Shown: positions 10,067 through 19,813 of the stretch, piece after piece
Numbering within the stretch: position 1 is the stretch's first letter
How the letters are laid out: every line of letters starts with the position of its first letter
From: a virus
Taxonomy: Duplodnaviria > Caudoviricetes
Direction: 5' to 3' (one strand)
Virus record (IMG/VR): IMGVR_UViG_3300031853_000006
Span: 52,897-116,896 of that record
Length of the DNA: 64,000 nt
Translations under genes and position numbers: made by a program
The notes under the pieces: generated by a model
The model's database searches: none
What the model saw: the letters and a program-made list of their open reading frames with translations, nothing else
What the model was told of the DNA's origin: nothing

Positions 10067-10611
10067 AGAACTCAATGGAGGTATTAAGAGAGATCGAGAC
10101 AAAAACAGATCGTTTGCAGGTCGGGGATAGAATAAAAGTTAGCTTTTCAGGAGAAGAGCACTATGCAACGGCTATTCAGCAAAGAGGCGATGTGATGCTC
10201 TTTCTGACTGACGACTACCTCGATGACGCTATGCAGATGAACCCTACAGACACGACTGAGAGAGGATGGGCAGGGAGTGAGCTCAGAAAAAGACTGCAGG
10301 ATATAGCGGACAACACAGATATAAATGATCAGCTGATACCCTTCGAGAACGGAGATCTTCTGACTCTTCTGAGCATCCGGGAGATGTTTGGACTCGATGA
10401 AAATTTTGATGAGTGTGACGGTCAGATTGAATGGCTAAAGGATCGCAGACACAGGATCGCATTAAGAAAAGGAGAATCCAACGAATGGGGGTGGCTTCGC
10501 TCCGTCATGTCGGCGACGCATTTCGCTAATGTCTACAACAATGGGTTAGTGAACTACTACTACGCGGGGAGTGCTATTGGCGTCCGTCCAGCTTTCCTGC
10601 TTAAGTTATAG
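10063..10611 (+). CDS. DUF6273-like (CLec-fold) protein, tandem paralog, candidate DGR target
   Basis: Highly similar to 9503 except in the C-terminal WLRS...GVRPAF segment. Confidence 0.7.
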   Translation: MKNSMEVLREIETKTDRLQVGDRIKVSFSGEEHYATAIQQRGDVMLFLTDDYLDDAMQMNPTDTTERGWAGSELRKRLQDIADNTDINDQLIPFENGDLLTLLSIREMFGLDENFDECDGQIEWLKDRRHRIALRKGESNEWGWLRSVMSATHFANVYNNGLVNYYYAGSAIGVRPAFLLKL

Positions 10612-10686
10612 AAAGTGAGGTAGAAGAATGAAGATAGCAATTGGTACACCTGACGAAATCCATGAGAAGACAGGAGGAGATGACAA

Positions 10687-10962
10687 ATGCTAGAAATCTA
10701 CCAGAAAGAACTGTTAAAGTTAGCCGAAGGCCTTATTAAGAGGGCTGTACCGTTCAAATTCATCCCGCTAGAGGGAGGTGGGCAGATACGAACAGCTACC
10801 TGGGACGCTGTGTGTCATAAGTACAGCTATGGAGGAGAATCAGGTAAGCTAGAAGTAGCTGGCAGCATAGTAAACACTCATAAGACCGATGACACAGTCG
10901 AAGGAGACTTAACTGCAGAAGAAGTGCTTTCAAGAATTGATAAAGGCGCGCTATCGGAATAA
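10687..10962 (+). CDS. hypothetical phage protein
   Basis: ORF with AGGAGG RBS; 'WDAVCHKYSYGGE.G.LE' motif. Confidence 0.7.
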   Translation: MLEIYQKELLKLAEGLIKRAVPFKFIPLEGGGQIRTATWDAVCHKYSYGGESGKLEVAGSIVNTHKTDDTVEGDLTAEEVLSRIDKGALSE

Positions 10963-11050
10963 TAAAACAGCCACTAGTTGCACAGAAGAAAGCTGATGCA
11001 ATGCACAGTGGCTGTTTTTCTTTGTATGTTAATGCTTTTAAGGAACTTGG

Positions 11051-11764
11051 TTATCGATAAAGCACGCCTGAATAATTAGGAGTGCTGATATTTGTTACGC
11101 CGTCCATTCGGTCTGCTATCCACATATTGGAATTCAAGTCTGTTATCACATCACTACATTGCCATTGAGGATAAGCTCCGTATATCTGTGACCCTGTTGT
11201 GATGCCTATACGGTAAGTGCTTACTTTGAATGATGATCCTGGATTATCATGATTGTATATCTTAGTACTGGAGCTCGTCTGATTTGCAAGCAATGTAAGG
11301 CTTGACGAGCTATTGAAAGTTGCCCAATCTACAAAACTAAGAGGAACCTCAGTCTTACTAGCAGTGCTTAACTCTCCCGTCAAGTAAAGTGATCCTGTAA
11401 TGGGACGTATTACTGACACATAGCTTGTATAATCAGTGTTGTAATTACAACCAAACTGCACAGAATCAGCATCTTCTATGAATCTGTATGCTACGTCCCG
11501 ATCGGGTGAGAGAGATATGCAGGTCTGCCCATACCAAATCATCGAAGTATGCAGATCTAATGGTTGGTAAGCAGATGAGGCGATCGTCACTGAAGGTGTT
11601 ATCGACGTATTAAAGTGTATGATAAGTAGGTCACCCTTATGCAAGTTTGTGAGCGTACAACTAGCCCCTCCTGGCCTAATTATCGCTGACGCAATCGGGA
11701 GCGCAAGCGTTATTATTCCGCCCCCTCCTGAAGAGCTATCTTGGTTTGAAATAATTGTACTCAT
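11051..11764 (-). CDS. MS[TCS]xx...GGG family, S/T/Y-rich adhesin-like protein
   Basis: MSTIIS...GGGG N-terminus; AAGGAGG RBS; GTCGACCTT motif upstream. Confidence 0.7.
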   Translation of the reverse strand: MSTIISNQDSSSGGGGIITLALPIASAIIRPGGASCTLTNLHKGDLLIIHFNTSITPSVTIASSAYQPLDLHTSMIWYGQTCISLSPDRDVAYRFIEDADSVQFGCNYNTDYTSYVSVIRPITGSLYLTGELSTASKTEVPLSFVDWATFNSSSSLTLLANQTSSSTKIYNHDNPGSSFKVSTYRIGITTGSQIYGAYPQWQCSDVITDLNSNMWIADRMDGVTNISTPNYSGVLYR

Positions 11765-11823
11765 AATATATTTGTTTCCTCCTTTACTTGAAAAATAAAT
11801 AAAGTGTTTCTCCTACTTGACAC

Positions 11824-11845
11824 TATTTAAGGTCGACCTTAAATA
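11824..11845. promoter_or_regulatory. 22-bp perfect palindrome; two back-to-back ACCTTnnATA motifs
   Basis: TATTTAAGGTCGACCTTAAATA centred between divergent paralogs. Confidence 0.75.
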
Positions 11846-11897
11846 CTTTTAAGTAGGAAAACACTATACTTTTTCTTTGTAAGGAGGAACATATATT

Positions 11898-12641
11898 ATG
11901 AGTACAATAGTTGAATCAATCGGCGGCGGATCTGCGTTGGACATACTAGACGAAAATGTAACTGTAACTCAACTCTGGTCGTCTACCGATCAACGATGGC
12001 AGGAAATATCGGCATACATGCAAGACGATGGCTTATATGTATATACTAACATAGGTAATGCGACCTATCCACAATTCACTGTGAGGATAATGTTACTGAA
12101 GAAGGAAGCAAAGATATACCCAGTTATCATTCAAGGGTGTGCAGGCTCTAGCGACTATTATGCTCAATTTGTTGCGGAATCGCTTGACTCATTCCATGTG
12201 TATCCTTCCGGTAACGGTGCAACAGCTAGGCTATACAAGTTAGCTGATTCTAAATTATCATCTCATATCGAGTATAAAGGGTTATTGAGTGCGAACAACT
12301 ATAACATATACATACCTAAATCATATGGAAGCGGGATGTATATTGTTGTGGGGTTCAATAAAGATGCAACAAAAAGTTATATAGGGGCCTCGTCGGTGTC
12401 ATTAACTGGATTATGCGTGTCCATTCCTTCCGATGATTATCTGATGTGGTTGCCCGTTTCGCATGTTGTCACATCAGCTGCTATTCAATCTTACTCACCT
12501 TATGGGTACAGCGCGATAGCGAGCTATAACGGAGGTCATGGCGAACTTTATAACGGAAGTTTCTTCGATCGTCTGACCACTTATTATAACAACAGTAATC
12601 CAGGTAAGGCAAATACAGCATTGCTATATAAGATAGTATAA
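11898..12641 (+). CDS. MS[TCS]xx...GGG family, S/T/Y-rich adhesin-like protein
   Basis: MSTIVESIGGG N-terminus; AAGGAGG RBS. Confidence 0.7.
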   Translation: MSTIVESIGGGSALDILDENVTVTQLWSSTDQRWQEISAYMQDDGLYVYTNIGNATYPQFTVRIMLLKKEAKIYPVIIQGCAGSSDYYAQFVAESLDSFHVYPSGNGATARLYKLADSKLSSHIEYKGLLSANNYNIYIPKSYGSGMYIVVGFNKDATKSYIGASSVSLTGLCVSIPSDDYLMWLPVSHVVTSAAIQSYSPYGYSAIASYNGGHGELYNGSFFDRLTTYYNNSNPGKANTALLYKIV

Positions 12642-12660
12642 GTTTTAATTTTAACTATAC

Positions 12661-12699
12661 GCAAAAGAAGGACTAGCTTATTGCTTGCCCTTCTTTTGC
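12661..12699. terminator. bidirectional terminator
   Basis: GCAAAAGAAGG / CCTTCTTTTGC stem between convergent genes. Confidence 0.7.
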
Positions 12700-12734
12700 T
12701 ATATGTGTTTAAGGAGATAGAATGAAAGCTTTAA

Positions 12735-13547
12735 TTACTTGATGTAAGTTTTTCCTTGATACTGTGCCGCAAGCCATCCGGAAGAACATTGGATCCAATA
12801 ATCCTTTCCTGACTTCTTTACAGCCTTACATTTTACTCTAGATCCCTTATCAAGCGCTCCGTCTTTATCTTTGTCTTTTTTCTTGTCAGCAGACGAAAGA
12901 TCAGAATACTTCAACTTGCCGTATTTAGTGCCCGGACCTTTTCTAACATTCAATTCAACCTGTAGAGTATAAGCCTTGCCTACCTCGTAAGGATCTTTCT
13001 TCTTGTTATCATCGTCATCGTCTGCGCCTAATAACTTGTTGACCTGAGAAACTATATCAGAGTGTTTATCAACAAGATACTTCCCAGGACAAGCTGTATC
13101 GCTAAACCATCTGTGAAGCGTCATATTTTGCTTATCTACTTTACCAATAAGGCTCTTATCGTTCTTCCACAAGAGCTTCTTGATCTTGTTTCTTTTGCAA
13201 ATATCTGCAACCAATTTAATTAGCGTCTTATACGCTGCAGGCTTTACAGCATAAGGTGCATTCTTGTCCGAAGCAACTTCAATAGTAACTGCTCTGCTAT
13301 CGTTAGCTCTGTTAGACGATGTCCAAGCCCGATCCTTCTCTTCTACATACATGCCGACTCTTCCGTCCGGTCCTATTCCGTAGTTAGAAGAAGCCTGGCG
13401 GCTCGGATTAGCAAATATCTCTCCGCATGTTTCAACTGAGCACTGACCTGCCATGCAGTGAATTGTGATGGTATCAATCTTTTTATTAGTCATCACCGTC
13501 TTATTTGGGGAAATCTTTTTGTAATTAACTAAGCTTGAATTACTCAT
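12735..13547 (-). CDS. N-acetylmuramoyl-L-alanine amidase (Amidase_2) with C-terminal SH3b-like domain; endolysin
   Basis: 'ITIHCMAG', 'ASSNYGIG', 'RAWTS', 'TIEVA', 'HRWF..TACPG'; 'LNVRKGPGT.Y' SH3b. Confidence 0.9.
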   Translation of the reverse strand: MSNSSLVNYKKISPNKTVMTNKKIDTITIHCMAGQCSVETCGEIFANPSRQASSNYGIGPDGRVGMYVEEKDRAWTSSNRANDSRAVTIEVASDKNAPYAVKPAAYKTLIKLVADICKRNKIKKLLWKNDKSLIGKVDKQNMTLHRWFSDTACPGKYLVDKHSDIVSQVNKLLGADDDDDNKKKDPYEVGKAYTLQVELNVRKGPGTKYGKLKYSDLSSADKKKDKDKDGALDKGSRVKCKAVKKSGKDYWIQCSSGWLAAQYQGKTYIK

Positions 13548-13678
13548 TTGATATTTTCTCCTTCCTCATTATTGTTTGAAAGGTTCGCAAGAGTTTCTTC
13601 TGGTACGTCTTTGATGCTTTTGATCTCCTCGTCGAACGCGTCTTCTTTAGTTTCGTCAAATACATCATCTTTAGCCAT
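13544..13678 (-). CDS. 44-aa acidic peptide translationally coupled to the endolysin
   Basis: AAGGAGGT RBS; MAKDDVFDETKEDAFDEEIK...; its TGA overlaps the amidase ATG (ATGA); below the ORF-track size limit. Confidence 0.6.
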   Translation of the reverse strand: MAKDDVFDETKEDAFDEEIKSIKDVPEETLANLSNNNEEGENIK

Positions 13679-13806
13679 GTGTGTTACCTCCTTTAGATAT
13701 TCAGAACAATACCAATCTACCCATATAAAAGGTGAGCCTCCGTGAAATCGTTAAGTAAAATGAGAGAGGTGACAGTTCAAATCAATCACCACGGAGGTAA
13801 AGAAAC

Positions 13807-14904
13807 ATGATTAAAGTAGAAAACATTGATGTATGGGGGTTCGAACATGCTATAAGAGGAATGCGGAACCCAATGAATTCATGGGACAAAAGTGATAGTG
13901 GGGTAGGGTGCTCCTCTGCAGACGGCAACACGTCATTCTGCTTGCATTGCACAGAGAACTCAGAATGTGTTGCCGGATTTCACAACTACTGTGTAGGCGA
14001 AGCTGATCTCGGTTTGATGCAAAGGCTATTCAGAGCGAGCAAGGATGGTAACAACGCTCACAGAAAGTACCTTAGGCAAATCTTTGTGTCGATGGATATC
14101 ACGGCTCCGCTATACTGGTGGAAGGAGTTTGACACATACAAAGTAGGCACAGTTTCCAATTCGTGTTCGACCATGCACAAGATCCATGCAAATAAATTCA
14201 CTCCAGATGATTTCAGCATTGAGCATCTAGATGCGATTCCGAGAATCCGCATGCTTGACTTAATTGATACACTCAATAATTGTCGAGAGACTTATCTCAA
14301 GTCTAAGGATAAGCACGACTGGTGGCAAATGATACAGCTTCTGCCCTCGTCCTACAATCAAAGACGCACCCTCACGTTTGATTATGAAAATGTATACGCA
14401 ATGATACAGCAGCGAGAGGGTCACAAGTTAGACGAATGGCGAGAGTTCGTCAAAGTGCTCAGAGACCTGCCGTATGTCAAGGAAATAGCAGGTTGGGCTA
14501 CTAGCAAATCCAAAGAAACTTGCTCAGAATCCGAAGAAACTCGTACTGAATCCAAAGAAGTCCTGATGTATGTGGGTACTTTTGAATATGATCACTCTGA
14601 GGGCATCACTAATATTAAAAAGGTGCCGGTGTCGAAATCTGATATTGAACCCGACGTAATTTCGATTACTTCGATTAAAGCGGAATTCGACACTGAAGTC
14701 CCTGGCATAGCTGGGCAGTGCAGCGTAAGGTATGACGGAGAAGCAGGAAAGATATTAGTCATTTATCCTGTGGGATTTCCGCTGAGCCTCAGAAATACTA
14801 TCGCACGTGAATTCGAATTGGACAAAGACTGCACAGTATTCCTATCAGGATTGCGCTACGCCACTAGCCCATTCATTGAACATTTTGGAGGTAAGTTCGA
14901 TTAA
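13807..14904 (+). CDS. conserved phage protein (ThyX-fold-like) with C-terminal extension
   Basis: 'AIRGMRNPMNSW', 'HRKYLRQI', 'APLYWWKEFDTYKVGT..NSCSTMHK', 'HKLDEW'. Confidence 0.6.
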   Translation: MIKVENIDVWGFEHAIRGMRNPMNSWDKSDSGVGCSSADGNTSFCLHCTENSECVAGFHNYCVGEADLGLMQRLFRASKDGNNAHRKYLRQIFVSMDITAPLYWWKEFDTYKVGTVSNSCSTMHKIHANKFTPDDFSIEHLDAIPRIRMLDLIDTLNNCRETYLKSKDKHDWWQMIQLLPSSYNQRRTLTFDYENVYAMIQQREGHKLDEWREFVKVLRDLPYVKEIAGWATSKSKETCSESEETRTESKEVLMYVGTFEYDHSEGITNIKKVPVSKSDIEPDVISITSIKAEFDTEVPGIAGQCSVRYDGEAGKILVIYPVGFPLSLRNTIAREFELDKDCTVFLSGLRYATSPFIEHFGGKFD

Positions 14905-14914
14905 AAAAAAAGTC

Positions 14915-14943
14915 TTGACAAATTCATATAAATATCATATAAT
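14915..14943 (+). promoter_or_regulatory. conserved sigmaA-type early promoter repeat
   Basis: TTGACA-17-TATAAT with the conserved spacer. Confidence 0.85.
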
Positions 14944-14989
14944 ATACTTGTACCGCTTAAATTCTTCCGTTATGAAAGGAGAGATTAAA

Positions 14990-15517
14990 ATGATGGAACA
15001 CAATTTCCCAGAATCGACAGTTAGAGGAGAAGACCTCCCAACGTACGAAGATTACATGGAACAAGAACGTGAGAAGAAACGTCAAGAACGTATCGAGAAG
15101 ATGAAAGAAAGCGAATCTAAAGAGTGCTACCTGATGTATTACTACAAAGACGAGATGAAGATTCAGGAAGGGCTCTTAACTCCAAGCGGAGGTCATGTTT
15201 GGTCAGATGGAGTTCGTGGTTATGGTATATTCAGAGAAAACGGAAGCCGGAATTACAAGTGTAAAGTCCCTCTTGTGCCATTTGAAGTCAAAAGAAATAA
15301 GATCATCTGCTTCAACGAAAAAGATATCCCGAAGGCTAAAGAGGTACTTGCATCTACAAGGCAATCCAACCAGAGAGCACGCGACTCAAAGAATAAGACG
15401 TTAGCAGTAACTAGGACGTCAGTCAGAGAAGTAGCCGACGAACTTTTCGAACAGTATGCGGAAGATCCACATATCGTCGCAATGGCAAATAGACTGCTCA
15501 AGATAATACAGGAGTAG
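14990..15517 (+). CDS. hypothetical protein
   Basis: Start moved to ATG 14990 after AAAGGAG, downstream of the promoter. Confidence 0.7.
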   Translation: MMEHNFPESTVRGEDLPTYEDYMEQEREKKRQERIEKMKESESKECYLMYYYKDEMKIQEGLLTPSGGHVWSDGVRGYGIFRENGSRNYKCKVPLVPFEVKRNKIICFNEKDIPKAKEVLASTRQSNQRARDSKNKTLAVTRTSVREVADELFEQYAEDPHIVAMANRLLKIIQE

Positions 15518-15532
15518 TAAAGGAGGTAGAAA

Positions 15533-17653
15533 ATGATGGAAACAATGGAAGAACTTGTAGAGCAACTTAATAAAGCGTCAGACGCGTATTATAACCTAGG
15601 TAGACCGATCATGACTGACTTCGAGTTTGACGAACTGATCAACAAACTTCTCTATTTAGAAGAAAAAGAAAAGAGAGTCCTGCCTAACAGCCCGACACAG
15701 ACAGTTGGTGCTCCAGTAGTAGATACTCTTGAAAAGTTTGAGCATCCTTATCCTGCACTCTCACTAGATAAAACAAAAGACAAAAAGTTAATCGAGCAGA
15801 AATTCAGAAACGGTTTAGGGGCGTCTGATCCGCCGGACAGCAGACTCGTTGTGATGTATAAAGAGGACGGAGCAACAATCCAGGCCTATTACAATAACGG
15901 AACACTTGATAAACTCGTCACTCGTGGAGATGGGCATATTGGAAGCGTCATAACGCACAACGCAAAGTGTATCAAAGGACTCCCAGTAAGAATAGCCTAC
16001 AGGGGTCACTTAGTAGTGCGAGGCGAAGCACTGATGTCTTACAAAGAGTTCGAGCGGATCAATGAAAAGCTTCCAGACGAGGAGAAGTATCGAAATCCGA
16101 GAAACCTTGCAGCGGCAACACTCACAATGCTCGACAGTAATGAAGCAGCCGAAAGGCAGTTAGTCCTGAAAGCATTCAACTTAGTCCACATCGATATGGA
16201 CGATGAGACTAATGCAAATGCATCGAAGGAAGCCATTGTTCTTCAGAATAGTTTCAACGAACGTCTGAACTATCTGAATGCACTCGGCTTCTCAACCGTT
16301 GATAGAGAACTGACACCCCTCAGCGGCCTGCCGGAAGTAATGGATAAGTTTAGCGATAATGTTAAAGTTTATCCATATCCGGTTGACGGATTAGTGATCG
16401 CAATGAATAGTTACTCAACAACAAAAGATCTTACGGGAACAGAACATCACCCTAATATACTGTCAGGATATGCTTTCAAGTGGGCAGATGAAGAAGTAGA
16501 AACAGTCTTAAGAGAAATCGAATGGTCGCCTTCTAGGACAGGTCTGTTGAATCCGGTGGCGATTTTCGATCCAGTTGAGATTGACGGAACTATCGTCCAA
16601 AGAGCATCGCTTCATAACTTTTCAATCATGCGGGAGATGAACATCATGGTAGGCGATCGTGTTAACGTCATAAAAAGCAACCAGATAATTCCACAGATCA
16701 CAAAGAACCTGGATAAGGGCAATCATCCTAACTTCTATGATTCATGGGATTGGATTGTGAGAGAACTTATCGGCAAATGTCCGACTTGTGGCTGCACTGC
16801 AACAATTCAGAGATCGCCGGAAGGCGTTGAAACAGTCTACTGCCCCAATCAGGATTGCCCGGAAAAACTTCTTGGCAAGTTTGAGCATTTCTGCTCAAGA
16901 GAGTGTATGAACATTGACGGAATGTCCTACGAAACAATCAAAAAGTTGTACGATAAGGGCTTCATAAAAGAGTATTCCGATTTCTTCAGGTTAGAGAATG
17001 AACCGGCAATATCATTACTTCCCGGTTTTGGCAAACAGAGTTGGAAGAAAATGTACCAAGCAGCTGAGAAAGCAAAAACAACTGACTTTGTTCGGTTCTT
17101 CACTGCTCTTGGTATTCCGGACATCGGAAAAGGTCAGTTGAAGATCTTGAAGAAACATATCAACGAGAATTACGAAAGCATTGCAAACCAAGTTGGAGTT
17201 GACCCTGAAGGTTATAACTTAGGTGTCTTGTTATCTGCGATGGGCAGGACTAACTACGCATTTGAGAAGATCGACGGCTTTGGATCAATTCTTGCCAATA
17301 ATCTCAGGACTTGGCTCCAGGAAAGATTTGACTTCGAGGGAACTTGGACACCCGAAATTAACGTCTACGGCTGCCTGACATTCACAGATAAGCCTGCAAC
17401 GGCTGCGAAAGACAGTGCAATTTCCGGTCAGTCCTTCTGCATAACAGGTAAACTAGTTTCCTATAAGAATCGACAAGCTCTCGTGGATGTAATTGAAGCG
17501 AACGGGGGCAAGTGGGTAGATAGTGTGTCAAGTAAGACTAACTACCTTATCAACAACGATACAGAAAGTAGTTCGGGAAAGAATAAAAAAGCAAAAGAGC
17601 TTAATATTCCTATAATAAGTGAAGAAGAATTCAATCAAATGATAGGAGGGTGA
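15533..17653 (+). CDS. ligA: NAD-dependent DNA ligase
   Basis: KEDG adenylation motif, TRGDG, RGE, NPRNLAA, DGLV, AFKW, SRTG, zinc finger, HhH, C-terminal BRCT. Confidence 0.95.
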   Translation: MMETMEELVEQLNKASDAYYNLGRPIMTDFEFDELINKLLYLEEKEKRVLPNSPTQTVGAPVVDTLEKFEHPYPALSLDKTKDKKLIEQKFRNGLGASDPPDSRLVVMYKEDGATIQAYYNNGTLDKLVTRGDGHIGSVITHNAKCIKGLPVRIAYRGHLVVRGEALMSYKEFERINEKLPDEEKYRNPRNLAAATLTMLDSNEAAERQLVLKAFNLVHIDMDDETNANASKEAIVLQNSFNERLNYLNALGFSTVDRELTPLSGLPEVMDKFSDNVKVYPYPVDGLVIAMNSYSTTKDLTGTEHHPNILSGYAFKWADEEVETVLREIEWSPSRTGLLNPVAIFDPVEIDGTIVQRASLHNFSIMREMNIMVGDRVNVIKSNQIIPQITKNLDKGNHPNFYDSWDWIVRELIGKCPTCGCTATIQRSPEGVETVYCPNQDCPEKLLGKFEHFCSRECMNIDGMSYETIKKLYDKGFIKEYSDFFRLENEPAISLLPGFGKQSWKKMYQAAEKAKTTDFVRFFTALGIPDIGKGQLKILKKHINENYESIANQVGVDPEGYNLGVLLSAMGRTNYAFEKIDGFGSILANNLRTWLQERFDFEGTWTPEINVYGCLTFTDKPATAAKDSAISGQSFCITGKLVSYKNRQALVDVIEANGGKWVDSVSSKTNYLINNDTESSSGKNKKAKELNIPIISEEEFNQMIGG

Positions 17654-17659
17654 GAATAG

Positions 17660-17776
17660 ATGCATTCAAAATTAGACGCAGCTCATCGAATAGTAGATGC
17701 CCTTATCTTGCTCACATTGACCGGCATTTTAATTCTGGTGCTGTATGCAGGAGTTGATGTCATAACTAGGATGTAG
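17660..17776 (+). CDS. small single-TM protein
   Basis: MHSKLDAAHRIVDALILLTLTGILILVLYAG...; AGGAGG upstream. Confidence 0.45.
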   Translation: MHSKLDAAHRIVDALILLTLTGILILVLYAGVDVITRM

Positions 17777-17828
17777 TGATGAACCTTTCATATGATATGA
17801 GATATTACTTGAAAGGAATAGATGCAAC

Positions 17829-18158
17829 TTGAAAAGCAAAATTAAGCTGGAGGGGATTACGTGTTATTGCAGTGAAGATGCAATAATAATTAAATATTCG
17901 CACCTCATTGACTGTAAAGATGCAAAACAGTTTTGCAGGAAGCTCAAGCAAGTAACAGATGGCTACTACGCAAGGAGTGCTAGCTCGTGGACTGCAGAAT
18001 TGGTTGCACACAATATTCTGTATCATGCAAACCTTTTCCACGTGCACGTTGTAGATACAGATCTAGAAGAAAATGAAAAATTACACAGACGTATCGCTTA
18101 TCGCATTATTTACCTGGGTTACCTGATAACGTCTGTGTTCCAGAGGAGATCTAACTAA
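17829..18158 (+). CDS. hypothetical protein
   Basis: ORF with TTG start after AAAGGA; ACCTTTCATA motif upstream. Confidence 0.55.
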   Translation: MKSKIKLEGITCYCSEDAIIIKYSHLIDCKDAKQFCRKLKQVTDGYYARSASSWTAELVAHNILYHANLFHVHVVDTDLEENEKLHRRIAYRIIYLGYLITSVFQRRSN

Positions 18159-18159
18159 C

Positions 18160-18645
18160 ATGGGAGACATTAGCAACTTAGGTAAGAAAGCAGAAGGGAA
18201 GATCAGAGAATGGCTTGACAGGCCAGAAGACGGATTCTGTTTCATGCGAATACCTGATCAGCAGACAGGCTTTTGGGGGTCGACTAACATCTGCGATTTC
18301 ATACTATATAAAAAGCCTAACTTCTATCATTTAGAGAGCAAAGCTACTTACCAGGATAACTTTCCGCTAGGCCGAGGAGTAGCAATCAGTGAAGTGCAGT
18401 ACGACGGAATGCTCAAGAAATCTGAAATAGAAGGAGTTAAGTCTTACATAGTTGTTTTATTTGCGTCGTATCAACGAGCATTTCTATTTGATATACGAGA
18501 TATCGACAAGCAGATTAAAGAAGGCGGGCCTAAATCAGTAAACATCAAGAAAATTGATAAATGGACTATTCCATATATTGAAATAAAAACAATTCCTAGT
18601 AGGAAACAATTACTTGACTACGATCCTGAACAGGATATTTTCTAA
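18160..18645 (+). CDS. RecU-like Holliday junction resolvase
   Basis: 'GKKAE', 'RIPD', 'CDFI.Y....YHLESKAT', 'ISEVQ' RecU/PD-(D/E)xK pattern. Confidence 0.7.
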   Translation: MGDISNLGKKAEGKIREWLDRPEDGFCFMRIPDQQTGFWGSTNICDFILYKKPNFYHLESKATYQDNFPLGRGVAISEVQYDGMLKKSEIEGVKSYIVVLFASYQRAFLFDIRDIDKQIKEGGPKSVNIKKIDKWTIPYIEIKTIPSRKQLLDYDPEQDIF

Positions 18646-18820
18646 CTAATCAGCTTACTAGCCAATTTTGGTCATTCATATACTCCTCGAAAAGCAGCCT
18701 GTAACAAGGTTGCTTTTCTAATTTAACATGAACTACCTTATATATCATCAGGTCCAGAAATAAAATAACTAATCTATGTGACAGCTGTTTGTGTAGATTG
18801 GGTAAAAAAGGTGGATAATT

Positions 18821-19276
18821 ATGTCTTTTCAAGAAATATTAGAAGCAATTGTAAGAGATAGAGAACCAATACTGCTAACAATCTTATTAGTTGGCACAGT
18901 GGTACAGATAGCCCCGATTAAACTTAATCCGTGGGGCGCGATTTTCAAATGGCTTGGCCGTCAATTGAACCGAGAGGTAATAGATAAAATTGATACCCTA
19001 GAGACTCAGCTCGATGATCACATCAGAGAATCAGGAGAAGCCGAACTCAGGGCAAGACGTGTTAGCATTCTAGATTTCAGTTCTAGTATCATTCAAGGAG
19101 TAAATTATCATAAAGAAAAATTCGACTTCATGATTGCTGAATGTGATAGCTACGAAAAGTATTGCCAAGATAACAACATAAAGAATGGTGTTGCGGAAGC
19201 GTCAATTGCAGAAATCAGACGCGTATATAAAGAAAAGCTACATAACAACAGTTTCCTTAGCGAGGGAGGAGAGTGA
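18821..19276 (+). CDS. membrane-anchored protein (holin-like)
   Basis: N-terminal TM segment, 'QIAPIKLNPW', coiled coil, 'YEKYC...KNG'. Confidence 0.55.
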   Translation: MSFQEILEAIVRDREPILLTILLVGTVVQIAPIKLNPWGAIFKWLGRQLNREVIDKIDTLETQLDDHIRESGEAELRARRVSILDFSSSIIQGVNYHKEKFDFMIAECDSYEKYCQDNNIKNGVAEASIAEIRRVYKEKLHNNSFLSEGGE

Positions 19277-19280
19277 AGTT

Positions 19281-19691
19281 ATGGCTAAGCAAAGCTTAAT
19301 AATGAATCTACTAATATTAGGCCTATTTATGCTATACATAGGATTAGGTAACCTCTACATCTACGGAGCAGTAGATGAATATCCTGTTTTTGCACGAAGT
19401 ATGCTAGTAACTACGCTAATATATGTCATTCAAGGGCCTATAACAGAGTCACTTGGATTCTACCGAGTATCTATTGGTGTCGGAATTACTGCATTCATTG
19501 CACTTTGTATCTTGCTATTTTACTCAAGCCATTGGTACGACTTACTTGTATTTGCCCCTTGTGTTACAGTCATGCTGCTGCACAGATCGTTCAACATGTA
19601 TGATGACCTTAAGGATCAGTATAAGCAACGCAAAGCATGGAAGGCAGCACATCCGCATAGATTTACAAGTCCCAGATCTCGCAATAACTAA
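19281..19691 (+). CDS. multi-pass membrane protein
   Basis: About 4 hydrophobic segments; start at ATG 19281 after GGAGGAG. Confidence 0.65.
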   Translation: MAKQSLIMNLLILGLFMLYIGLGNLYIYGAVDEYPVFARSMLVTTLIYVIQGPITESLGFYRVSIGVGITAFIALCILLFYSSHWYDLLVFAPCVTVMLLHRSFNMYDDLKDQYKQRKAWKAAHPHRFTSPRSRNN

Positions 19692-19813
19692 CACACGGTT
19701 TTCAAATATCTCTTCCTACGTTCCGAGCCCTGCACGTTTTGTGTGAGGCTTGATTTTAAGTTGGAATCGTTAAGTAATATAGAAAGATTTGCTACATGAT
19801 AGGAGGAATCAAT

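Noticed and set aside
9503-10611. Complete DGR cassette
   Set aside because: No reverse transcriptase, Avd or template repeat found in this window; only target-like genes reported
11015-11026. 12-nt match (TTTTTCTTTGTA) to the pre-RBS region of 11898 as a third antisense element
   Set aside because: Low complexity and part of a terminator T tract; chance is likely
14508-14560. 21-bp triple repeat (SKETCSE/SEETRTE/SKE) in the ThyX-fold-like gene as a functional array
   Set aside because: Short in-frame linker repeat joining a C-terminal extension; no further structure
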